Source: an uncultured Thermoanaerobaculia bacterium
GTDB lineage: Bacteria; Acidobacteriota; Thermoanaerobaculia; Thermoanaerobaculales; Sulfomarinibacteraceae
Assembly (NCBI GenBank): GCA_964609835.1
Contig: CAZSTH010000001.1
Coordinates: 34,087-98,086 of the forward strand
DNA: 64,000 nt
Reading direction: 5' to 3'
Below are positions 7,700 to 15,964 of the stretch, piece by piece; the stretch's first letter is position 1, and each line of letters starts with the position of its first letter. Both the position numbers and the translations under genes were made by a program. Below the pieces are notes generated by a model. That model did no database searches. It saw only the letters and a list, made by a program, of their open reading frames with translations, and had not been told where the DNA came from.

Positions 7700-8956
7700 T
7701 TACCGTCGATCGACCTCGCGACGCAAGCGCTCTGCCAGCCGCAGCAGCTCGGGATCTGCGGGAAATCGGTCGAGTCCGCGGGACAGTGTGACCGCCGCCT
7801 CGGCGAAGCGACCGGTTTCGAGCTGCACACTTGCCAACGCTGCGACGTGGCGGGGCTCGTCGGGCTCGATCTCGACCGCTCGTTCGAGCGCCAGCAAACC
7901 GTCGGCTTGGCGACCGGCCTGCAGCGCCACCGCCGCGATCCGGTGCAGGAGCCCGACATCCGCAGGCGCCATGCCCCACGCCCGGCGCAGGTGGTCGAGT
8001 GCCTCCTCGTGATCGCCGCGACGCAGCGCCAGGGCTGACAGCGTCACGTACGGCGCGGGCGACGTCCGCTCGAGCGCGATGGCCGCGCGGGCGGCCTCGA
8101 GCGCCCCGTCGCTGTCCCCGAGGCCGTCGCGGGCAACAGCGATCAACGACCAGGAACGCGCCCGCAGGGCGCGCGGGATACGTCTGTCCTGCGCCAGCGC
8201 CTCGAGACTCGCGAGTGCGCTCCGCGACTCTCCCGCCTCCAGCGCCCAGGCGGCCCGCTGGATCACGATCTCGGGGTGACCTCGGAGCGGTTCGAGGACC
8301 GCTGCCGCGCGGTCGCGCTCTCCGTCGGCCCGCAACGAACGCGCCAGCTCGAGGGCTGTCTGAACCCGGCGCCGCGGGTAGAGCGAGCCACGAAGCTCGA
8401 GACCCCAGCGTCGGACCCGGCCCTGGTCCTCCGGCGCCAGCTCCACCGGCGGCGATCGCAGTCCGGGCGCCACCGCGTAGGCGACCACCAGATCCTCGAT
8501 CGCGCGGTCGAGGGCCCCGACGTAGAGCAGCACCAGCGCTCGCAGCCGGCGCAGCGAAGGCGACAGCGGATCCAGCGCCACCGCCCGGTCGATGCGTGCG
8601 ACGGCCTCGGACGGGCGGTCTCCCAGAATCGCGGCATGGGAAAGGTGCGTGAAACCGGCCGGGTCGGTCGGCATCCACAGCGCCTGCAATCGTCCCAGCC
8701 GCGCGAGCCCAAGCACGACGGTCTCACGGGACGCACCGCCGAGATCCCGGACCGCCAGCCGCCGGGCCCGGTGGACGAACGACGGCAGCGCCGCCAACGG
8801 GTTTGCGGCGAGGGCCAGCGCACCCGCCTCGGGGTTGACCGAAGCCGTGCCGGCAACCGCCATCCAACCGAGCCATCCCATCGTGTCGACCGATGCCACG
8901 AAGGCGGCGAGGAGCGCGGCCGCGATCCACTGCAGGCGGCGTCGGCGCACCGTCAC
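7700..8956 (-). CDS. membrane-anchored TPR-repeat protein
   Basis: N-terminal TM segment (LQWIAAALLAAFVASV) followed by Ala/Leu/Arg-rich TPR-like repeats. The GTG start overlaps the murB stop (GTGA). Confidence 0.65.
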   Translation of the reverse strand: MTVRRRRLQWIAAALLAAFVASVDTMGWLGWMAVAGTASVNPEAGALALAANPLAALPSFVHRARRLAVRDLGGASRETVVLGLARLGRLQALWMPTDPAGFTHLSHAAILGDRPSEAVARIDRAVALDPLSPSLRRLRALVLLYVGALDRAIEDLVVAYAVAPGLRSPPVELAPEDQGRVRRWGLELRGSLYPRRRVQTALELARSLRADGERDRAAAVLEPLRGHPEIVIQRAAWALEAGESRSALASLEALAQDRRIPRALRARSWSLIAVARDGLGDSDGALEAARAAIALERTSPAPYVTLSALALRRGDHEEALDHLRRAWGMAPADVGLLHRIAAVALQAGRQADGLLALERAVEIEPDEPRHVAALASVQLETGRFAEAAVTLSRGLDRFPADPELLRLAERLRREVDRR

Positions 8957-9945
8957 GGCTCCACCGCCCGCCCGTCCTTATCGACGAAGCAGAGGGTGGT
9001 CACGATCTCGCGGCCGGTTCGCTCCGCGACCCGCTGTCGGATCAAGCGCACGAGCTGGCGGACCTCGTCGGCGCGCGACGACCTCGCTGTCGTCATGAGG
9101 TTGAGGTCGTGGTTCGACAAACGCACGCCACCGACCGCCAGGTTGCCGCAGTCCGCGCGCTCCAACAACTCTTCGGCCGGCACGCCCTCCGCCGGCAGGA
9201 AGGCGGGGCCGGCGCATCGTGGCTGGCGGGGCGGGCGGGATGGAGCTCTGGTCGGCCCGGACGATCCAGTGGGTTGGGAAGACGCCGCCAGGTGCAGCCG
9301 GGCGCGTACGATGATCCGCCGCTCCATCGCCAGCCGCAGTTCAGCCGTGCCGCGCGGTCTCGGGGAGAGCGCCACCCGCTCTATCGGCGCCCCGGGGCGC
9401 GCGAGGTCGACCCAGTCGAGCAATCCGTCGAGGGTCCCGGCCCCCGCGCTCGTCGCCCAGGCAGCCCCGCCCACCGAACCACTCTCCGCCATCAGCCGAT
9501 CGAGGCCGGAGATGCCGGTTCGTGCCGCGGCGTGGGACACCTGTGCCAGGTTGGCACCGCCTCCGGCGACCGCACCGTCGAGGTCGAGCTCCCACAGTGC
9601 GAGCTGGCCGGCAAGAGTGATGACCGGCACTCTGAGCCCGGCGTTCGGCGGCACCAGCCGGCTGCCGGCGCCGAGCACGAGCCATCGCAGACCGTGGGCG
9701 GCAAGCAGGTCGAGAACCCGCTGGAGCCCGTCAGCACTGCGACATCGGATCAGCAGGTCGGCAACGCCACCGATGCCGAGACCTGTCCAGGCTCGCAGGT
9801 CGACCCGATCGTGGACCTCGGGATCGCCTCGCTCGCGAAGATCGCGCAGGTGCTTTCGGAGGGTCGGGAGACCGTCTCGCAAGAGAAATTCACCGCAGTC
9901 TGAAATTCTGGCATGCCCTTTGCGTGTTCGCCGAGTGCCGGGCAC
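8953..9945 (-). CDS. murB: UDP-N-acetylenolpyruvoylglucosamine reductase
   Basis: LRAWTGLGIGGVADLLI...LVLGAGSRLV...GISGLDRLMAESGSVGGAAW and C-terminal SRADEVRQLVRLIRQRV match the MurB layout. The true start is uncertain: GTG 9945, or downstream TTG 9882. Confidence 0.8.
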   Translation of the reverse strand: MPGTRRTRKGHARISDCGEFLLRDGLPTLRKHLRDLRERGDPEVHDRVDLRAWTGLGIGGVADLLIRCRSADGLQRVLDLLAAHGLRWLVLGAGSRLVPPNAGLRVPVITLAGQLALWELDLDGAVAGGGANLAQVSHAAARTGISGLDRLMAESGSVGGAAWATSAGAGTLDGLLDWVDLARPGAPIERVALSPRPRGTAELRLAMERRIIVRARLHLAASSQPTGSSGPTRAPSRPPRQPRCAGPAFLPAEGVPAEELLERADCGNLAVGGVRLSNHDLNLMTTARSSRADEVRQLVRLIRQRVAERTGREIVTTLCFVDKDGRAVEP

Positions 9946-9970
9946 ACAACGACCTGGTATACGACATCAT
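9890..9970 (-). CDS. possible 26-aa leader ORF (MMSYTRSLCARHSANTQRACQNFRLR) overlapping the murB 5' end
   Basis: ATGATG is preceded by the longest purine Shine-Dalgarno tract in the window (AGGAGGAAGGAGGAGG, complement of 9972..9987). It ends 7 nt before a possible murB TTG start. No homology evidence. Confidence 0.25.
   Translation of the reverse strand: MMSYTRSLCARHSANTQRACQNFRLR
9909..9924 (+). promoter_or_regulatory. sigma-54 (-24/-12) promoter
   Basis: TGGCATG-CCCT-TTGCG matches TGGCAYG-N4-TTGCW, with GG at 9910-9911 and GC at 9922-9923 at exact consensus spacing. It is on the strand opposite the surrounding genes, adjacent to a sigma-54 activator gene. Confidence 0.5.
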
Positions 9971-10012
9971 ACCTCCTCCTTCCTCCTGCGGGCTCCGGCC
10001 CGCACTTTTTTT
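9935..10012 (+). ncRNA. candidate sigma-54-dependent small antisense RNA (about 75 nt)
   Basis: Bounded by the sigma-54 promoter (predicted TSS near 9935) and the intrinsic terminator. It contains a 5' hairpin GUGC-CGG-GCAC and a CU-rich stretch ACCUCCUCCUUCCUCCU complementary to the minus-strand SD/AUG. Confidence 0.4.
9987..10012 (+). terminator. rho-independent terminator
   Basis: TGCGGGC-TCCG-GCCCGCA stem-loop, then C plus T7 (10006..10012). The T run follows the hairpin only on the plus strand. It ends 5 nt before the complement of the activator's stop codon. Confidence 0.6.
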
Positions 10013-10016
10013 GGCG

Positions 10017-13000
10017 TCACGCCATCCCCGGATTCTGGAGGCCGAGCTGCCGGAGATGGTACAGCAGCGCCTGGCGCGAGATCCCGAGTTCGCGAGCGGT
10101 CGCACTCCGGTTGCCGCCGTGACGGCGCAGGGCGGCGGTCAGATAGGCGATTCGGAAGTCCCGCTGTGCCTCGTCCCACGCCTTGACCGGGCCCTCCGGC
10201 GACGTTCCGATCGGGAGGTGATCGCTCCGCACGACTCCGCCGTCAGCCCGTACCATCGCCACCTCGACCGCCTTCTGGAGCTCGCGTGCGTTGCCCGGCC
10301 AGTGGTAGCGGCCGAGCGCCGCTTTCGCCTCCGCCGACCACCGCACCGGCTGTAGCCCGTGGAGGCGGACTGCGTCGCGCTCGAACCGTTCGGCGAGGAG
10401 GCTGATGTCGTCGCGACGCTCGCGCAACGGGGGGATGACGAGCGGACACATCGCCAGTCGGTAATAGAGGTCGTGGCGGAAACGCCCCTCTCGAACCCGC
10501 GCTTCGAGGTCACGGTTGGTGGCGGAGAGGATTCGCACGTCGACCGCCACGACGCCATCGGCGCCGACCGGCCGGACCTCCCGGCTCTCCAGAAACCGCA
10601 ACAGCTTGACCTGCAGCGGCGGATCGAGGTCGCCGATCTCGTCCAGAAACAGGGTGCCCCCGTCTGCCGCCATCACCAGACCCCGGCGGGAGCGATCGGC
10701 CCCGGTGAACGCGCCGCGAACCGAACCGAAAAGCTCGGACTCCAGCAGACTCGATGAAATCGCGTTGACGTTGACGGCCACGAACGAGCCCCGGCGCCCG
10801 GAGAGCCGGTGGAGTGCCCGCGCCGCCACTTCCTTGCCGACTCCGGTCTCGCCGAGGATCACGATCGGGAGGTGGCTCGGCCCGAGGGACCTGAGATCCC
10901 GGCGGACCGTCCGGGCGCCGGCCGAGGCACCTGCAAAGCCGGTGTCGCCTCCGTCGTCGTCATCCGCCTCGTCCGGCCTCGCCGGCGCGAAGACAGCCAC
11001 CAGGCCCTTGACGAGGGTCCAGGCGGGGTCGTCGGTCACCTCGCCACCGAGAGGAACCAGCACGACGCTGCCGGAACGGACCTCGGTACCGGTGCCTCCT
11101 GTTCCGTGGTGCCACAGAACGTCGCCGGACCTCCCGTCTCGCACCTCGAGGCCGGTCACGCCGAGGCTCTGCACCAGCGGCTCCGCCAGCTTCCGATCGA
11201 GGTCAGACCATGATCCCTTCTCCACCACCCGCGCCATCGCGGCGACCACATCCGACCGTCCCTGCTCGCACAGCCGCTCGGCCCACCCGTGGAGACCGGC
11301 CGCGCGCAGCGCGTCAACGGCACGCACCCGAACACCCGGGTCGATCGATACCGCGCTGCCGCCGACCCGCTGCGCCAACGCCACCGCCAGAGCCTTCGCA
11401 GCGGAACCCGTCCTGCCGACCTCGGGATCCCCGGCCGGCTCGGTCGAAGCCGCCTCCACGCACCTCGCCGCCACGGCCACTCCCCACGCATCGTCATCGA
11501 CAGTTGTCGGCTCGCGCCCCTCCATCGCGTCCACCAGCGTGGTCCAGACACGTCCCTCCAGTCCGCCCGCTGCGAGGTGGCGCCTCGCCTCATCGAAGCG
11601 ACCCTCCAGCACCTCAGCCGCGCCCTGCAACAGGGCCAGCCCTTCCCCGACCGCGGGGCTGCCGACGTCGGCCATCGTCTTGAACTCGTCGAGCAGCGTC
11701 CGAAACCGCGCCTCGTCGCCGACTGCCAGCGCGAGCCGGCAGAACTCCCCGGTGACGAACAGGCTGTCGGCCTCCCCCGCGGCGAGCAGCTGCAGGCGCT
11801 CCTCTGCCTGCCGGACCCGAAGCTGGTCCACATCGGCCACCGCCAGGTTGAAGACCGCGATCCGCGTCGCGTGGCGGAACCCGGCGGCCTGCAGCAGGCG
11901 GAGCGCACGCAGCTGGTGAAGCTCCGCGCGCCGGCTCCAGCCGGCGGCGATCGAGGCCGCGCCGAGATCGTTCTCGATCACCCCACACCGTCCCGGGCCA
12001 AGCTCCTCGTCGAGCAGACGTGCAAGCATTCGAACCGCGCTGCGGGGGCGTCCGGAGTCGACCAGGTGCAGGGCGCACCGGTACATGATCCGGCCCACGA
12101 GCTCAGGATGACCGCCCGCGATCTCCCGGCGCCAGCCACGGTCTCGTAGCCGCTCGGGCGTGTCGATCGCCGCGAGGTCGATCTCGAGACGTCTGTGCAA
12201 AGGTCCCGAGAGCTTCTTCAAGCGCCCGCGAAGCTGAGAGCGCATCGCGGCGGCAGCGGCCGCGTCACCGCGACGACTGCGCAGCAGCAACTGCCGCGCT
12301 GCGATCTCCGCGGCCACCCGGTCCGCACCAGCGGCTTCCACCGTATCCTGATCCACGAACCAGGTATCGGCCCGACGGTCGAGACAGCCGATCCAGCCCT
12401 CCAGTGCCGGACGGTCGGCATCGGCGGCGCCCGAGCACATGGCCCTGGCGCCGGAGAGATCCAGGACCGAGAGGCAGGACTCGGAAGCCAGGGCCGCGAG
12501 CCGGGGCCCGAGCGCGGTAGGATCGGCGGTCACCAGCAGGTCGCGAACCGTGGCACCGTCCAGGCCATTCAGCCGGTCCCGGGCCCACGACGCCAGGTTG
12601 TCGGTATCGCCGGATGCCAACGCCTGGTGAAGCAGCCGCCGCGGATCCTCTTCGGGATACAGATCTGCGACCGTGCCGTGGAGCGGGCCGGAGCGCATCA
12701 CTCCCGGCTGGGGGAGGCGCCACCGTGCGCGGCCGGTGATGACCTCGAGACCCGCCGCCGCCTGCTCCAGCTCGCCGAGCGTCAGCCCGCAGTGGAGAGC
12801 CACGAAGGCGGGCGGCAGCCCGTCTGGATCCAGCCGCAGGATCTCCTCCAGTCGATCGCTCGGCCCTCGGTCCCCGACCGAGATTCCGGCGGGCGCGGGA
12901 GATTCGAAAAGACGACGGGCGGCTGCCGTCAAAGCCAAGCGGTCGCTCTCGTCGAGCGGATCGAAGCGGCCGTTGCGCTGGTCGACGGCCTTTCGCGACG

Positions 13001-13877
13001 CCTCGGGATCCGGGCCGGCCACCACCAGGTGGCGTCCAAGGTGCTCGCCATCGACGCCCGGCGGCGCAGGCGGATGCCACCCGGGCGGAAACCGGCCGAT
13101 CGCAACCGCGCTGCCACCCCCGGCCCGCGTCCACCGCGACAGCGCAGCCAGCTCGCGGGGGCCGAACTCTCCGGCCAGGATCAGGAGCCCGCTTCCACCG
13201 TCCCCCACCGGGAGCGGCAGCCCGCGTGCATTTCCTGCCTCTCGCACAAGGGCCGAAGATCCGCGCCTGCGGAAAGCCGCCCACAGGCTCACAGCCAGAC
13301 GGCGGGCGAGCGCCGGTCGTGGAACATCCCAGTAGCTGGTGGCCCCCTGCTCCGGCGGCGGCACCGGGTCCCATCGCAGCAACCACAGGCTGCGGGCGGT
13401 CGAGGGATCGAGCGGGCGCGGCAGGTCGGCAAGCTGACGGGCGAGAGCCCGGGAGAGGAACAGGCCCGGCTCACCCCGCTCGACGTCGATCGCGGCCGGC
13501 CTCAGTCCGGCGACTTCGGCGATCGACTCGATGACCGAACGGCGCATGGTTTCCGCGGCGGCCTGTCCCCCGCCGAGGCGCGCCGCCACGCGCGTCAACG
13601 ATACCGGATATCCACCCAGGCGGGCCTGAACTCCGTCATGGGAGCGGATGACCACGGCCTCGCGGAAACCGCGTCGGCCGATCCAGAGGTCGAACTCGGC
13701 CAGCAGTGCCGCTGCAGCCGTCAACTGGACTGCGATGCGGTACCGATCGAGGCGGCCGAGACGTACACCGGCGAGCGGCTCGCCCACCGGTGCCAGGGTC
13801 GGGTGGCCGTCGCCGATCTCCGGGACCGGCACCGCCGGGTGCTCCACGAGCAGCGCGGCGGGCTCGGGCAGCCTCAT
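10017..13877 (-). CDS. sigma-54-dependent transcriptional activator (bEBP) with very large N-terminal region
   Basis: The C-terminal ~310 aa carry Walker A GETGVGKE, an intact GAFTGA loop (SVRGAFTGAD), LFLDEIGD, HWPGNARELQ and a Fis-type HTH (SATARELGISRQALLYHLRQLGL). Start set to ATG 13877, which overlaps the aroA stop (ATGA). The ORF-track start at 13943 would overlap aroA by 70 nt. Confidence 0.9.
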   Translation of the reverse strand: MRLPEPAALLVEHPAVPVPEIGDGHPTLAPVGEPLAGVRLGRLDRYRIAVQLTAAAALLAEFDLWIGRRGFREAVVIRSHDGVQARLGGYPVSLTRVAARLGGGQAAAETMRRSVIESIAEVAGLRPAAIDVERGEPGLFLSRALARQLADLPRPLDPSTARSLWLLRWDPVPPPEQGATSYWDVPRPALARRLAVSLWAAFRRRGSSALVREAGNARGLPLPVGDGGSGLLILAGEFGPRELAALSRWTRAGGGSAVAIGRFPPGWHPPAPPGVDGEHLGRHLVVAGPDPEASRKAVDQRNGRFDPLDESDRLALTAAARRLFESPAPAGISVGDRGPSDRLEEILRLDPDGLPPAFVALHCGLTLGELEQAAAGLEVITGRARWRLPQPGVMRSGPLHGTVADLYPEEDPRRLLHQALASGDTDNLASWARDRLNGLDGATVRDLLVTADPTALGPRLAALASESCLSVLDLSGARAMCSGAADADRPALEGWIGCLDRRADTWFVDQDTVEAAGADRVAAEIAARQLLLRSRRGDAAAAAAMRSQLRGRLKKLSGPLHRRLEIDLAAIDTPERLRDRGWRREIAGGHPELVGRIMYRCALHLVDSGRPRSAVRMLARLLDEELGPGRCGVIENDLGAASIAAGWSRRAELHQLRALRLLQAAGFRHATRIAVFNLAVADVDQLRVRQAEERLQLLAAGEADSLFVTGEFCRLALAVGDEARFRTLLDEFKTMADVGSPAVGEGLALLQGAAEVLEGRFDEARRHLAAGGLEGRVWTTLVDAMEGREPTTVDDDAWGVAVAARCVEAASTEPAGDPEVGRTGSAAKALAVALAQRVGGSAVSIDPGVRVRAVDALRAAGLHGWAERLCEQGRSDVVAAMARVVEKGSWSDLDRKLAEPLVQSLGVTGLEVRDGRSGDVLWHHGTGGTGTEVRSGSVVLVPLGGEVTDDPAWTLVKGLVAVFAPARPDEADDDDGGDTGFAGASAGARTVRRDLRSLGPSHLPIVILGETGVGKEVAARALHRLSGRRGSFVAVNVNAISSSLLESELFGSVRGAFTGADRSRRGLVMAADGGTLFLDEIGDLDPPLQVKLLRFLESREVRPVGADGVVAVDVRILSATNRDLEARVREGRFRHDLYYRLAMCPLVIPPLRERRDDISLLAERFERDAVRLHGLQPVRWSAEAKAALGRYHWPGNARELQKAVEVAMVRADGGVVRSDHLPIGTSPEGPVKAWDEAQRDFRIAYLTAALRRHGGNRSATARELGISRQALLYHLRQLGLQNPGMA

Positions 13878-15148
13878 CCCTCGCCGGGCCCGACCAGCTT
13901 CTCCCAGGTGCTCCAGAAGTCCGGAAACGACTTGCTGACGCACTCGGGGTCGTCGAGCTCGAGCGGTCCGACCGCCAGCGCAGCCACCGCCATCGCCATC
14001 GCCACCCGGTGATCACCGGCCGAGGTCACCCGCGGCGACGGACCGGGAGTGGGCCGCATCGGCGAGTGGACCTCGATCTCGGACTCGCGGACGGTGAGAC
14101 CCGCCCCCAGTCGTCCCAGATTCCGCACCATCACCGTCAGGCGATCACTCTCCTTGTGCTGCAGGTTCTCCAGCCCGGTCAATCGAGAGCCGGCAGGCGC
14201 ACAGGCCGCGACCACCATCAGCGGCGGAAACAGGTCCGGCGTCTGCTTGAGGTCGGCGACCACAGCCGACCTCACCGGCCCCCTGGCCGCGAGGTAGTTC
14301 TGCCTCCAGTCGGCGCCGAGCCCGGCCGCGGTCAAGACATCGAGGATCGCGCGGTCGCCCTGGCGGCTGACCGCATCCAGGGGCCCCATCTCGACCTGAC
14401 CACCGGCGATCGCCGCGGCCGCCATCATCATGGCGGCCGCCGACCAGTCGCCCTCGACCTCGTACAACGCCAGGCGCAACGGACCGGGGGCGACCCGCCA
14501 CCACCGGCGGTCGTTGTCGACGATGACGCCGCCACCGAACGACCGCAGCACGTCTTCGGTGAGATCCAGGTAGGGTGCGGAGGGCAGCTCGCCCACCACC
14601 TGAAGGTCGATCCCCTGCTTCATGAGGGGCGCCGCCAGCACCAGCGAGGTCACGAATTGAGAGGACACCTGCGGTCTGATCGTCGCCTGTCCGCCCTTCA
14701 TTTCGCGTCCCTCGATGGACATCGGCAGCCGCCCGTTCTCGGTCGCGATCTCCGCACCCAGGGACCGCAGGGTCTCCACCAGGGGCGCCATCGGCCGTTC
14801 CCGCAGGCGGGGACTGCCGTCGAGCTCGTAACGCCCGGGGCTCGCCGCGAGCAGGCCGAGGAGCAACCGAGCGCCGGTACCCGAATCGCCGATGTCGATC
14901 CGGACAGCACCCTCGGGGAGGGTTCGACCTCCGACCTCGAGCTCCCGTCCCCAGTCGACCTTCCAGCCGGCGGTGGTGAGCGCGGCGGCCAGCGCCCGGG
15001 TGTCATCGCAGTCGAGCGGCGAGGTCACGATCCCACCGTCGGCCACGGCGGCGGCGATCAGGGCGCGGTTGGTCAAGCTCTTCGACGTCGGCAGCGTCAC
15101 CGAGCTGCGGAAGCTCGTGCGCGGTCCCGGCAGCACCATTGATGTCAT
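13874..15148 (-). CDS. aroA: 3-phosphoshikimate 1-carboxyvinyltransferase (EPSP synthase)
   Basis: LPTSKSLTNRALIAAAVADG...GDHRVAMAMAVAAL matches the EPSPS pattern. Start trimmed to ATG 15148 (MTSMVLPG) with a GGGGAGGA SD. Confidence 0.9.
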   Translation of the reverse strand: MTSMVLPGPRTSFRSSVTLPTSKSLTNRALIAAAVADGGIVTSPLDCDDTRALAAALTTAGWKVDWGRELEVGGRTLPEGAVRIDIGDSGTGARLLLGLLAASPGRYELDGSPRLRERPMAPLVETLRSLGAEIATENGRLPMSIEGREMKGGQATIRPQVSSQFVTSLVLAAPLMKQGIDLQVVGELPSAPYLDLTEDVLRSFGGGVIVDNDRRWWRVAPGPLRLALYEVEGDWSAAAMMMAAAAIAGGQVEMGPLDAVSRQGDRAILDVLTAAGLGADWRQNYLAARGPVRSAVVADLKQTPDLFPPLMVVAACAPAGSRLTGLENLQHKESDRLTVMVRNLGRLGAGLTVRESEIEVHSPMRPTPGPSPRVTSAGDHRVAMAMAVAALAVGPLELDDPECVSKSFPDFWSTWEKLVGPGEG

Positions 15149-15176
15149 TCCGTCTGTCCTCCCCGCATGCTGCCTC

Positions 15177-15935
15177 TTATTGTATCTCCGGTACCGGCCA
15201 CGAGGTCGGACACAGCTGCTGGTCCACCAACCGCCAGCCGCCATCCCCGTCCACCAGCACCGCCGTGCGGCACTCGAGCCACGCCGGAATGATCAGAGCC
15301 TCCCGGTCGCCCTCGGTGGTCCGCCATGTGGAGTGGAAGTGCCCCCAGAACACGACGTCGATACCGGCGTCCCACGCCGACCGCGCCGAGCGCCTGAGAT
15401 CGTGGAGGGGTTTGGTGTAGCGGAACTTGCGGTTGGTTTCGGCGAGCCGGGCCTCCATGGTGCGGACGATCGCTACAGCCACCGATTGCGGCAGCAGCCT
15501 CGCCCAGATCCGCGCGGGCGTCGATTTGGAAAGCCGCGACCAGAAGCGGTACCGAAGGTCGCGGCGGTTGACGAGGTCGCCGTGGTCGAGTCTGAATCGA
15601 ATGCCGCCGGAGGTGAACTCGAGCCGGCGACCGCTCCAGTCGATCTCCGCCGCGAGCTCGGGCGCATCGAGGAAGAAGTCACGGTTGCCCTCCACGATCG
15701 CCACCCGCGTCCCCTCCGTTCGCCGCAGCTCACGCCAGGCCGCCACGACCTCCCGAACCGGGGCGGTCCAGAACTTGGACATGCCGATCAGATACTGGAA
15801 GCCGTCGCCGAGGTAGACGATCTCGCCGCAGCCGGCGGCGACCGCCGACCGGATCAGGGCGATCATGGCCTCCACATCTCCGTCGGCCTGGCCGACGTGG
15901 GCGTCGGCGATGATGAGACGTTTCACGGCCGCCAT
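15177..15935 (-). CDS. lpxH: UDP-2,3-diacylglucosamine diphosphatase-like metallophosphoesterase
   Basis: Collinear with LpxH motifs: IIADAHVG, YLGDGFQYLIG, VEGNRDFF, DHGDL, WGHFH. The ORF-track entry 15177..16517 is trimmed to ATG 15935, because its upstream part is a shadow frame of serC. Confidence 0.75.
   Translation of the reverse strand: MAAVKRLIIADAHVGQADGDVEAMIALIRSAVAAGCGEIVYLGDGFQYLIGMSKFWTAPVREVVAAWRELRRTEGTRVAIVEGNRDFFLDAPELAAEIDWSGRRLEFTSGGIRFRLDHGDLVNRRDLRYRFWSRLSKSTPARIWARLLPQSVAVAIVRTMEARLAETNRKFRYTKPLHDLRRSARSAWDAGIDVVFWGHFHSTWRTTEGDREALIIPAWLECRTAVLVDGDGGWRLVDQQLCPTSWPVPEIQ
15179..15184 (-). promoter_or_regulatory. putative internal -10 box TACAAT upstream of aroA
   Basis: TACAAT overlaps the lpxH stop codon TAA and lies 30 nt upstream of aroA ATG 15148. 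Confidence 0.35.
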
Positions 15936-15964
15936 GGTAGCCCACCGGCCGGGCGGGCTCGCGC

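Noticed and set aside
8276-10186. 636-aa plus-strand ORF antisense to TPR/murB. Similar long antisense ORFs occur at 2477..4210, 12195..14012, 13706..15142, 40719..42581 and 10516..11919.
   Set aside because: All are R/P/A/S-rich with no recognisable domains. Each lies opposite a gene with clear family signatures. They are GC-rich shadow ORFs.
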